A DNA stretch of 64,000 bases from Felis catus. Its lineage: Eukaryota. Under the pieces are notes generated by a model that worked only from the letters and a program-made list of their open reading frames with translations, was not told the origin of the DNA and did not search any database. Every line of letters begins with the position of its first letter. The stretch's first letter is position 1. Position numbers and translations under genes: made by a program. Of this stretch, positions 26,477 to 38,440 are shown piece by piece. The stretch covers positions 14,200,001 to 14,264,000 of the forward strand of contig NC_058368.1 in NCBI RefSeq assembly GCF_018350175.1, written 5' to 3'.

Positions 26477-26827
26477 TATTTTTTTATTTAATAAAGTTAT
26501 CATTTCTTGATATCTTTCTGATTGTTTCTAGTAGCATATGTTTTCTCACCAAGGAAGAAATATCTTCAGCAACTTAACATAGCATATAAATGTGTTTGTT
26601 TATTGTATATATTTAGAGTTATAGAAAAAATACTGTTTAAAAAATATCTTATAAAACAACCTAGATTATTTTTCATTATAAATACAAACACAAGTATGTG
26701 TGTGTGTATGTGTGTGTATATATCTATCTATCTATATATATATGCATAAGAATATTTGTAATAAAAAGCGGTGTTAAATTTATTTACATAATTTAATGAT
26801 CTACTAGGATCCTGGGAAACTTACACT

Positions 26828-26902
26828 TATTTATATTTACATTTACATTTACATTTACATTTATATTTATATTTATATTTATATTTATATTTATATTTAT
26901 AT
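26828..26902. repeat. Compound hexamer microsatellite (TTTACA)n(TTTATA)n
   Basis: Read directly. Confidence 0.9.
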
Positions 26903-28705
26903 GAAACACCAACTTTTAGTAACCAATTGGATCTACTTCCACATTGCCTAATGGTTTTTCTATGGCTGAATTTCATATCAATAATCTCTTTGAGATTGAT
27001 TATTCATTTCTTATATCTGATTTTTCCTATATGCTTTAGTAGGATGTTCATAAAAATAAGCAATGAAAATGAAAACAAAAGATACATTGAATACTTGCAT
27101 ATTTATTTTCATTAGTTCATTTTTGTATTCATTGAAAACATTAGTTATATCTGGTTTTATTTATATACAGTATGTTTTTACTTCAATCCTTTTACTTACT
27201 AATTTCTCCAACTTACTGCACAGAATTTATAAGCACACTTGTTATAATGAACATTCACAAGGAAAATATTTGAGGCACATAACCTACTTCTTTTCCTGGC
27301 AATTAATGATAAGTAGACATTAAGGATATAAAAGCAAAAAAATCAATTCTGGAGTTCCTGAAGACAAGATTTCAACTTAACCCTCCTTTTTTTACCATGA
27401 AATATTTTCAAAGATTTTGAGATGGATTGAGTCTCTAAGGACATTAAGTTGGTTCACCTAATTGTATACAAAGCAAAAGGAAATGAGAAATGTGAATTGA
27501 GCTGACATAGAGGAGGAAAAACCGTTGGGGGGAAAAATATGTCCTGGGTCTGAGATTTCTACTAGGTCATCTAACTACCATGAAGTGATTGTTGAAGAGA
27601 ACATAGGGATTTCATTGTCATCCTTCTGGAACCTATTTGTCTTCAAAGTGTTTAGTTTCAAAGGATCCTTAACTTGATATCCAATTCTCTGAAAAAGTCC
27701 TTCATCTTGAGGAAATTTTATGCATCCATATAGAAGAGTTAAAAAATTATGACAAAACTGTCTACAGACTTGGCATCTCTCTGCAGGCATTCAAACCTAG
27801 TTTAGTGTGTTTCCCATGAAGACAAAAATTTGATGCCGATGTTTAATTTACACCTTTTCTTATAGATGTTCATTTTTTTCCAACTTGAATGAATGCATAT
27901 GTGCGTGTTTTCTCAAATGGCAGAAAACTTTCTGGAATGAATTCGTAGACACAATTTGAAAATACACTTTTTTCCTGTCATTGCCAAAAGATTGTCTTTG
28001 TTGAAATGACAATAGATTATTACCCCTTTGTATACATTCTCATTGTCCGTTTCCCTTGTTTTAGGTAATTTCTCTAAGTCTACATGTCAGAGAGAATTGT
28101 TAGAAAGCTAGGACAGCGATTAAAGTGTCTTCCCTGTCCAGCTCTCACCCATTCATCAACTCTCAATGTAGTTTATGCCTCAGCCATCACAACAAACACA
28201 GCGCTCCTCTCTATGCTAGGTACTCTACTTGTGAGCCTCTCAATATTTTACCTAATTATTCTTTTGAAACTCCTAGAATCAGTTACATGGTAATGCACAT
28301 TTAAGAAACACTTTTTAAAATGCAGAACCAAATGTGCATCAGTGTTAAAGAATAGGACCATTGCCTAGCCTCTATCATTACTCACATTTTTTTACACAGT
28401 CACTAGAAGTTAACATTTGAGTCCTACAAAAATACCATGTGGGAGAATGAAATGCCATGTCAGAACTGGAAAGGACCTTAGTTACGGTGTTATTTTAGGG
28501 ATGTGAATACCTCAGTAATTATGGTGTAAGTTATGATGTAATTATGATACAATAAGATACTATTTATGAGAAGGAAATTTAAATAAGTGAACAGTCTGAA
28601 GGAAAAAATATATATTACCTCATGACTAAATTACTCCACGCTGGGAAGTTAGGTACTTTGAGGTTTGTATTGTGCAGTCTTTTTGGGAGAGAGAGATGAC
28701 CTAAG

Positions 28706-28865
28706 ACAGTGGTTGTCAACACTGACTTTACATCAAAATAATTTGGGAAGATTTAAAATGATACCAATGCCTGGACCCTGTCATTGGAGATTATTGTCTT
28801 ATGATTGGTACTTTTTAACAACTCCCCCGTTGATTCTTCTGTACAGCCAGATTGAGAACCATACA
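28706..28865. mobile_element. MER5A-like hAT relic
   Basis: cagtggttgtcaac...ccaatgcctggaccc...cagccagattgagaacca. Confidence 0.6.
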
Positions 28866-28964
28866 TTGAAGCGATACCCTTAATTTGGGAGGATTAAGTT
28901 CAGTTCGACAACAAAAGTACATTGAGTATGTACAGTATGCCAGGCATTTGTACTTAATATCCCA

Positions 28965-29156
28965 GGGCACCTGGGTGGTTCAGTCGGTTGAGCGTCCGAC
29001 TTTGGCTCAGGTCGTGATCTCATAGTTCGTGAGTTCGAGCCCCACATTGGGCTCGCTCCTGTCCGTGTCAAGCCTGCATCAGATCCTCTGTCCCCTTCTC
29101 TCTGCCCCTTGCCCACTTACACTCTCTTTCTCTCAAAAATAAACATTAAAAAAAAA
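28965..29156 (+). mobile_element. CAN-SINE
   Basis: gggcacctgggtggttcagtcggttgagcgtccgac...aaaataaacatt. Confidence 0.9.
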
Positions 29157-29899
29157 GATCCTCCCTTTCATTAACAAATTTATGATGTAATAGGGAGATA
29201 CATGTGTGAGTATATTACTACAAAATATAAATATATTTCACAGGGAATATTTTCTGATTAATGAAAGTATTAAGCAGTGAGAAAATAATGATCTAGGCTT
29301 GATCCCATTTCCAGAGTTTTAAGATTATCATTTCTTGTACACACTTTTGGGATTTATTACATTACCAACATAAACTGTTGTTACAAGTTATACTTTTCTT
29401 GGAGAGTACTTTTCCCTTCACATTCCAGTTTTTTCTTTGCATTTACACATTTTTGTTTACTATTCAGTACTGAGTATGATATTTTACTGAGGTTGTAAAG
29501 AGTTTGGAATTTTCAAAGATGCCCAAATAATTATTTGTGCTATTTTTATAACTGTCATTCAGAAATTATTAAACGAGCTTTAAAAACCATATTCAAGCCT
29601 GATGATTTCTGAGATAAAATATACTTTATCTTCTGAGGAATATTTTGTTGTCCCTTTTTCTCTCATTTAGTTTTTTTCTTCTCATTTGAAAGAAAGAAAC
29701 CTGTGTTTATGAGATGCCTTATGAGATGTAGAGAGGAACACAGGCAATGGACGTGAAGCTTGAGCAAGAAATTCATCTTTGGTTTTTAAGCCCCTGAGAT
29801 TCGGGGGCTGTCACAATGTAATCTTGTCTCTCCTGTGGGAGAGATGCCCTCATTTTTGGCAGAGTAAACCATTACTAGGTTCTTTAAAGAGAGTGGATG

Positions 29900-30715
29900 A
29901 AAAGCAAATATTTATTTGTGCCTGTCTGAAAATGTGACTCATCTATCCTCATATGTTATTGATACTTTGGGTAGATATTGTGCCCTGAATGTTCTCCATA
30001 ACTGTGCAAGCATTTCCTTTTCTTCTCTTTTCTGGATTTGCTACTGAGAAGTTTAGTTTGATTCTTATTCTTGATTCTTTGTATTTTTTTTCCTGTTAGC
30101 CTTTTTCTTAACCCTCATGTTAAGGAAAATGTTGTGATGATGTGCCTTGCTAGGGGTTTTATGTCATGTACTTCATTCCTGGGAGCAATTTTATTTTTTT
30201 TATTTTTATTTATTTTTTTTCAATATATGAAATTTATTGTCAAATTGGTTTCCATACAACACCCAGTCTCATCCCAAAAGGTGCCCTCCTCAATACCCAT
30301 CACCCACCCTCCCCTCCCTCCCAACCCCCCATCAACCCTCAGTTTGTTCTCAGTTTTTAAGAGTCTCTTATGCTTTGGCTCTCCCTGGGAGCAATTTTAA
30401 ATTTATCTGATTTAAACTAAATCCTCTCTTCCATGGTCCCCATCCACTCTTTCTAGACTTCCTACTCAGTGGGCCTTTCAGTTGGAGAGCCTCCAGTTTC
30501 CTTATTTCTTTACTTTTGTTGGTGCTGTTACGGTTTTTGCATCCCTTTTTCCTTTTGTTGGCACCTTATCTTTTTTTTCTGTTTTCTGGGGGGAGATGTT
30601 TGCAACTTTGTCTTTTAAGCCTTCTTTTTTTGATGCTTGCAATGTCTTCACATCCCTTAACCGTGTAATTACAGACTCATTTTTCTGTTTCTTCCCTGCC
30701 TTTCATTTTCCAAGG
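29900..30715 (-). mobile_element. HAL1/old L1 ORF1-region relic
   Basis: T-rich text resembling recalled HAL1 antisense (gctactgagaagtttag; gatgatgtgccttg; ttctggggggagatgtttgcaactttgtctt). Confidence 0.5.
30194..30383 (-). mobile_element. Young 5'-truncated felid L1 3' end (about 190 bp)
   Basis: Poly(T), aaattggtttccatacaacacccag...ccctcagtttgttctc; perfect 16-bp TSD cctgggagcaatttta (30178-30193 and 30384-30399). Confidence 0.9.
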
Positions 30716-30718
30716 TTT

Positions 30719-30754
30719 TTGTTGTTGTTGTGTTGTTGTTGTTGTTGTTGTTGT
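30719..30754. repeat. (TTG)n microsatellite
   Basis: Read directly. Confidence 0.85.
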
Positions 30755-30799
30755 TCCTGGTATCTCGTTTGTACTCTTGTCTTGGTCTGGGTCTTTCTT

Positions 30800-31665
30800 G
30801 TCGAGTTGCCAACTCGAGATCATGGCTTCAACAGTGATAGTAGAAGTGTCGGCAGCGGCTCTTCCGTGAGCTCTAGCACCAGCTCCGGCACCTGTGGAGT
30901 TCGGGAGAGCAACTGAACAAGCTGTAGGGCCTCACACAGCTCTGGGGCCCCTTCCAGCCCCAGAACTGAAGGCAGTGCCTGCTCTAGAACTAGAAGCAGC
31001 TCCAGACCCGCTCCAGGACAGAGCTCGAGCCGGCCCCGGGGATAAAGGTAGTGCCATCGTGAACTGCAGCACTGGCTCCAGCAGCAGTTCCAGAGCCGGG
31101 GCCAGTTTCAGAACAGGTCCCAGTGGCGGCTCTGGAGCCACAGCCAGCGTCTGCACCAGCTGCAGCGGTAGAGCTAGGGCTGGCTGCCGAGCTACAGCCA
31201 GCTCCAACAGGAGCTCTTGCTCCCACCCCGCACTTCACGCCAGTTCCGGCCCTAGCTCCAGAGTCACGAGCAACTCCAGCTCCGGAGTCCTCTGCATCAC
31301 CAGTTTTCACACCAGGTCTGGCAACAGTGCGAGACTTAGAGTCAGCCCAGAACTAGAGCCAGTCCAACAACCAGCTCTCTCACTGCAGTCTGAGCATCAG
31401 CTCTAGAGCTGGATCTAGCTCCACACCGAGTGCCAACTCTGGTACCGTACCACCATTGGCATCACAGATAGAGTCAGCTCCAGAGGGAGAGCCCGCGTAG
31501 GCTCCAACTCCCGTGCCAGCCCCCGCTACAGCCAGCGCCAGCTCTCACTTTCCATCCCCTCCCTTGGGATGGCATCTTTTTGTCTTTTCTACTTTTCAAT
31601 TTATATTGCGTATACTTTGGGGCGTGCTGTATTTTGCGTTTTACAAGTCACGTGCAATAAAACTT
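30800..31665 (+). other. GC/CpG-rich degenerate (GCTCCA/GAGCTA)-type hexamer island; possible decayed Ala/Pro/Glu-rich nested gene
   Basis: Abrupt composition shift; gagatcATGG at 30822; TGA at 30867; long overlapping open frames; AATAAA at 31656-31661. Confidence 0.5.
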
Positions 31666-31849
31666 AAATTCTTGATCATCAAAAGGAGAATGATGTTAGT
31701 GATTAAAGGGTCTTGTTTGTATCTTTTTGTTTCGTTGAGCCAATGCAACCAGTGAATTATTTTCTTTTAAATAGTGCTATAATAACTTTGCTACTGTTCC
31801 TAAATTTTGTTAGATCTTTTCTTATCTCTGTTAACTGCTTCTTTTTCTG

Positions 31850-32069
31850 TTTTTTATTTGAAGTTTTTATTTATATTCTAGCTACTTAACATATGGTAAA
31901 ATTGGTTTCAGAAGTAGAATTTAGTGATTCATCACTTACATACAACAGTCAGTGCTCATCACAAGTGCCCTCCTTAATACCCAACACCTATGTAACTCAC
32001 CCCCACACCCACCTCCCTCCATCAACCCTCAGTTTGTTCTCTCTAGTTAAGAGTCTCTTAGGGTTTGTT
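31850..32069 (-). mobile_element. Carnivore L1 3' end fragment
   Basis: tcagaagtagaatttagtgattcatcacttaca...ccctcagtttgttctc...aagagtctctta. Confidence 0.85.
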
Positions 32070-32277
32070 GGGGCGCCTGCATGGCTCAGTCGGTTGGGCA
32101 TCCAACTCTTGATTTTGGCTCAGGTCATGATCTCATAGATGTGGGATTCAGCCCTGCATCAGGCTACGTGCTGAGCCTGCTTTGGATTCTCTCTTTCCCC
32201 CTCTCTCTGCCCCTCCCTCCCTCACTCACACTTGCTCTCTCTCTCTCTCAAAATAAATAAATAAACATTTTTTTAAA
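32070..32277 (+). mobile_element. CAN-SINE inserted in the L1 fragment
   Basis: Degenerate TSD aagagtctcttagggtttg / aagagtctcatggtttg. Confidence 0.9.
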
Positions 32278-34451
32278 AGAGTCTCATGGTTTGCTTCTCT
32301 CTCCCCTTTTTCATTTTAGAAATGTGAATGATTCCCAAAACTCAGCCTAGGTCTTTTGATCCACTTTCTGTTGATTCTTCTTTAGAGACGTGCCTCTGGT
32401 TTGCCTTAATCAATATTTTCATGTAAATAATCTCAAATTCCACATTCTATTTGATATACCATCATGATTCTCAATCCAACAAATATAAACTTAAGCAATC
32501 GTATGGTTTTCCTCAAATGTGTTCCATTCTCAAATATTTTCATGAGAATGCCACCATTCTTCCTGCCATTCATGTTAAACACTTAAACCTTATATTCTTC
32601 CACGTTGTTACTTTAGCCGTTAAATCCAGTTTCTCATCCAGCCCTGCCATCTCTTCTTTGTAATGTCTCTTGTTTTCCATTCACCTGTGCGAAGTACCAG
32701 TGTAGGCCTCTATTGCTTCTCTTCCGGAAAGGCACATAAAACAGTCTTCTACCACTTTCTCTTCCTCAAAAATGTCAAATTACTCTTCTAAAACATATTT
32801 CTTGCATGAAGTCTTGCAGTGATATATTTTCAGTGTCTTTCTTCATCCTTTAAATTCTAATATCCTTAACTTGGCTAGGACTTATTTGTGCTGCTCCTCT
32901 ATCAAAGATTGCAGATTAGTGTCTCATGGGCTGAGGCGTCTCACAGATATTTTTTGTTTGATCTTTGATCTGAACAGAGTTTTTAAAACATTTTACTCTG
33001 TGATCTTTTAGACACAGTATAATTTGGGATGCATATGTAATATCTGAATATGTACTTTGAAATATCTTCTTGAAAAATCCCATGCATATTAAAGTTTATG
33101 CTGATAAAAGAGCCTTGGTGTACAAACAGTGTCATAAAGAAAATCATGTTTAAGAAGTTGTCTGTAAGAATTTATTCTTCGGAGTGTCATGGTTCTCACT
33201 ATATAAGAATCAGTTTTCCCTTTAAGCTAATGCCACAATAAATGTCAAGTATTCCTGAGAAATTTCCACATTTTGTGGGATATCGGCTTGTGATAAATAT
33301 AGTATATGTAATGGGAATATACAAAATACATAAAAGGATGATGGTAGAAGACATCTTATTAAAACATAGCAAAAAGAGTTCCCTGTAATTGTTCACAATA
33401 GAAATGATTGGAAAGCTTTAATAAGCTCTGTAAAGTGCAATAGTGGTCTTATCATTTAGATGAATTTTTGCCAAAGGTTATGTATGATAGCTAAAATACA
33501 GTGGCTTTGCTAAAACCACGTAGCCAACCATAGAGCCATTTAGGTCTTTATAAGATCATTATAGTCCCCAGGCTTCCATATCCCAAGTTGTTGATTCTCT
33601 CTCCTGGGGAAATGTAGGTTCATGATATGTTCTTCTTTAATTCTTCACAGATTGACTTACAGCAGAAAATACTTACACAGCAAGTGTCTATGTTGGGGAA
33701 CCACATTTTTTCCCCAGCATGGGTGCAAAGCTCTAAAAAGGCAGTGTGATCAAGAGTAGAGAGAAGGGCTGACATAAAGACTGCTTTATGTGAAGCTGAA
33801 TTTGTGGGGAGACAGGTGACTACCTCGGTGCGTAGCACTTTAGTGGTAGGAAAATCATGCAGAAAAATCTGGCTAGAAAATCTGGCTAGATGAGTGATGT
33901 GAATGGTCAGTAGTTTTTTTTATATAAAATGTATTAACGAAGTGTTTATTTACAGTACTGTTGAAAAGGATATTACTTTTAATCCAAAAAAGTTGTAATT
34001 TTCCAGCTATATAAAAAGCAAAAAAAAAAAAAAATCAGTCGACTAAACCAGGATCCATTGAAAAAAAATTGGTTAAAGCATATTCTAAATATGTCATAGG
34101 AAGAGTATAAAGTAAGCAATATACTTTCCTAATCCAGAAACACTGTATAACAATCAGAAATTTATAATGATTACACTGTGGAACTACCAAATTCACAAAT
34201 ATGTTCTCATCTAGATCAGCAAGGAGAGATTACATTTGGATATAGTATCAATGTTTTCTCCTTTTTTTTTGTTTTTTTACAAATTCAAAATAATTCATTT
34301 GTAAACTTTTCCCCTCTGTACTTTTCAGTCACTTGGAATGCACGTGTAAATAGAACATTTAATCTCCTGATCAATTTAAATATGTTGTATATAGTTCTGA
34401 TTTTGTTTATGTGCTCATTTTTCTTATACTTGGTTTGGTTTCTCCTTTTAG

Positions 34452-34516
34452 GAATGGCAAAATTCTATTCAGAAGAATGCAGGACTTGCATTTATTGAAC
34501 TCATCAATGAAGGAAG
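34452..34516 (+). CDS. NBEA: Neurobeachin internal coding exon, 65 nt: EWQNSIQKNAGLAFIELINEG(R)
   Basis: ttctccttttag acceptor; AAG|gtaatt donor; phase 0 to phase 2, in frame with both neighbouring exons. Confidence 0.95.
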
Positions 34517-35409
34517 GTAATTAATTTTACAGTTTTTAGATAATTCGTCTGTGTACCTTTTATTCCACTAGGCGACTGCTCTCCTACCATCTGTTCCAAA
34601 AATGGGTAAGAAAATATATTTTAGTTAAATAATTTATCATACAGGTAATTAATCTTCAAAGGAACAAAGTTTAAGATACTAATCATTTATTTTGGGGTAG
34701 GGGAAAGCATGTATGAAATAAAGGAACAGACTTGCTAAGGCTTTTGTGAGATGGAGCCTCATCTTAACTGGGTAGAAAAGTTGTGTAACACAGATCGAGT
34801 GAGCCGCTCAGCAAGCCCATCTGCCACTCCATCTGTTTTCAAAGCCATGCTCGGCATTCACTCCCGCAGCCCATCTCTGTTCATGTGACGGAGTTTTATC
34901 TGAACATATCATGTTGTCCGATATCCAACTGAAAATGGGAAGGATATTAATTATGGGAAGAAGAACAGTCAGGTCAGGAATTTATATGTACCATTGTTAA
35001 AATGAAGCTGTAAGGAAATTCATGTTTGAGCCCATCATTGTACTCATCACTTTATGATAAACAGTTGTTCACTGTGATTTTTCCAATACTTTATTGGCAG
35101 TGGATACATGAAGATAGATGTAACTGTCACCAGTTTGACATGTATAGCTTCTGTCAGCCAAAGACCTGCATCCTTTACAATTCTTTTCTATGATATAATA
35201 TATTCATTGGAAAATAGTGACTGAATATTTGGCATAATCTATTTCTTATTTGAAACTGGATTTAATTACATTGATGATAAGGGGAATAACACTTACTGTA
35301 TATAAAACTTCTCTTTATCAAAGGAGGTGTCATGAAAGGATATTTGACAAGATATTCCTTGAAAATTAATTTTATATATGCTGTAGAAACCCATTGAAAA
35401 AATTAACTA

Positions 35410-35608
35410 GGGACACCTGGGTGGCTTAGTCGGTTGAGCATCTGACTCTTGATTTCGGCTCAGGTCATGATCCCAGGGTCCTAGAATCAAGCCCTGTGTC
35501 AGGCTGCACACTCAGCATGGAGCCTGCTTTAGATTCTCTCTCTTTCTCCCTTCTTTCTCCCTCTCCCCTTCTCCCCAGCTCATGCTCTGTCTCTCGTTTA
35601 AAAAAAAA
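35410..35608 (+). mobile_element. CAN-SINE
   Basis: gggacacctgggtggcttagtcgg; TSD-like attaact. Confidence 0.9.
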
Positions 35609-36734
35609 GAGATTAACTTCAATGCACTTTTTTAGTATTTTTTAGTATTTTTTAGTATTACTTTTTTAGTATTAGTTTTTTCTCATCAGTTTATTGTAAT
35701 TAGAGACATAACCTCTTTTTATAGTAATTTATCTTATTTTATATTTCTCATTTACATTTTCCATGACTAAATTATTTTTAGTCATAGTAATACAACTCTA
35801 GAAGTTAAAATAAATTTTACATTTATTGCAAAGCAAAAGATACAGGAAAATACCAGTTTTCTTTTATAACATAAATACTAATTTTACATAATAATAACAT
35901 ACTTAGTTCTTATAAAACTTGGTTGTGATGAGAATTGATAATAATTATTATCCATCCTAAGGCAATGAAAAACATATAAAAACAAAAATTTGCCCAGACT
36001 ATTCATTTTCATTTTAGTTATAGAAATCTCTCAAATCACACACATGCTAATTTTGCCAATTTGTTTCAACTGTGAAGTAAAAAACAAAAATTATCTTGCC
36101 ATCAGTAACTCTGAAGACTTAATATAATTGGATCTTCCTCACTTAAGATTATAGTTATTGTCTTAGGAAAGGAAAGAGTGGAAAATTTGCTCATATCAGA
36201 GGTTTTAGCTTCTGATACTGTTTTATTGCTCAGGGGTAGAGTTTGGAATTTGTTTTGTTTTGTTTTAGGAAAAGAGTTAGATTTATAGAAAGCAGTTATA
36301 ATTTTTTTAAATTTTAGTCCCTGAAAACCTTCCAAATGCCCATCATAATGTTCTTTGTGTCATTCTAGAATTTGTTTTCATTTTTCATACTAATTATTCC
36401 TCCAATAAAGAGGATTTTGAAACAAAAATTGAAACATGACTAGCTATAAATATGAAAGAACAGATCATGTGTACATTGATACAGCAAAAGTCTATTCAGT
36501 GCCTATACTACATACAAATACTATTATGGAGATGGGAATAGAGAAGTAAATGATACAAACATGGTTCTGAATTTTGGGGGAGAGACAAATATTAGAGGAA
36601 TACACACAGTATTACAAGGGTGCTGTGATAGAGGTGATATAGGTATGAATACAAGTAAAAGACAAGGCATCTAATCTAGACTGAAGGGGTGTATTCCCCA
36701 GGTGGTAGGACTATCAGGGTTTTCAAACAATGTA

Positions 36735-38440
36735 TCAAAGAAAAGCAAATACAATAGAACAAAGATAGCCTTTTCAACGAATGGTGCTGGACATCCACAT
36801 GCAAAAAAATAATAATAAATCTAGACACAGACTTTATACCCTTCATAAAAATCACTTAAAGTAGATCAGAGATCTGAATGTAAAATGCAGAAGTATAAAA
36901 CCCATAGAAGATAACATAGGAGAAAATCTAGATGACCTTGCATTTGGTGATGACTTCTTAAATACAATACCAAAGACATGATCCATGAAAGAAAGAGTTG
37001 ACAATCTGGACTTCATTAAAATTGAAAACTTCTGGGGGTGCCTGGGTGGCTCAGTCGGTTAAGTGTCCGACTTTGGCTCAGGTCATGATCTCATGGTTCA
37101 TGAGTTCAAACACTACATCAGGCTGTCTGCCATCAACACAGAGCCCACTTTGAATCCTTTGTCCCCCTCTCTGTGCCCCTCCCCTACTTTCTTGTATGCT
37201 CACTCACTCTCTCTCAAAAATAAATAAACATTTAAAAACAATTAAAAACTTCTGTTAAAGTCAATGTCAAGAGAATGAAAAGACAAGCCATGGACTGGGA
37301 GAAAATATTTACAAAAGATACTTCTGATAAAGGATTGTTATCTAAAATAGCAAAGAATTCTTAAAACTCTACAATAAGAAAATAAACAATCCAGTTAAAA
37401 AAATGAGCCAAAGACATTAACAGACACCTCACCACAGAATATCTACATATGGCAAATAAGCTTAGAAAAAGATGCCTGTCATCGTCAGGGAAATGCTAAT
37501 CAAAACAACAGTGAATAGTACTACATACCTTTTAGAATGGCCAAAATCTGAAACACTGACACCACCAAATGCTGACAAGGATGTGGAGCAGCAGGAACTC
37601 TCATTCATTGGTGGTGAGAATACACAATGGTATAGCCACATTGCAAAACATGTGGGTAGTGTTTTTTGTTTGTTTTTTTGTTTGTTTTTTTTATAAAACT
37701 AAACATATTCTAACTGTAGATCCAGCAGTCATTCTCCCTTGTATCTACTCAAAAGAGTTGAAAACATGTTTACATAAAAACATTCACACAGATATTTCTA
37801 GCGTCTTTATGCATAATTGCCAAAATTGGGAAGCAACCAAGATGTCTTTAGTAGATGAAGGGATAAACAGATACCCGTATATTTATGTGGTACATCCAGA
37901 CAATGGGGTATTTATTTTTTAGTGAAAAAATAAATGAGACAAGAAATGAGCTGTCGAGCCATGAAAAGATATGGAGAAACTTTAATTGCATAATACGAAC
38001 TGGAAGAAGCAATCTGAAAAGGCTTCATACTATATGATTGCAACTATATGACTATATATGTCTCTAAGGAGAGAGTAAAAAGATTAGTAGTTGCCAGGAG
38101 TTAGGGAAGAGGAAGGCATAAATAAATAGGCAGAGCACAGAAGATTTTTAGGCCGGTGAATCTAGTCTGCTTGACACTCTAATAGTGGATACATGTCATT
38201 ATACATTTGTCAAAACTCATAGAAGCTACAATACCAAGATGTAAACTATGGACCTTAGGTGATAAAGCTGTCTTAATGTAAGTTCATCATTTGTGACAAA
38301 TGTACCACTCTGGTAGGGAATGGTGGTAATGAAGGAGATATGTGTGTGGGGAGGGGATATTTGGGCATTCTCTGTATCTTCTGCTCAAGGTTGCTGTGAA
38401 CCTAAAATTACTCTAAAAATAGTCTATAAAAAAAAAACCA
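36735..38440 (+). mobile_element. L1MC-like 3' ORF2 and 3' UTR, interrupted by a SINE at 37034-37238
   Basis: ttttcaacgaatggtgctgg; gactgggagaaaatattt; gctgtgaacctaaaattactctaaaaatagtctat then poly(A). Confidence 0.87.
37034..37238 (+). mobile_element. CAN-SINE
   Basis: TSD aattgaaaacttct / aattaaaaacttct. Confidence 0.92.

Noticed and set aside
31688..31740. ATGA-N11-AAA...TGAG pattern as a SECIS that might recode the TGA at 30867
   Set aside because: Helix II does not base-pair, and the motif lies downstream of the AATAAA
37472..37922. ORFs with L1 ORF2-like peptides, also at 62732-63431
   Set aside because: Fragments of degraded L1 with many stops and frameshifts
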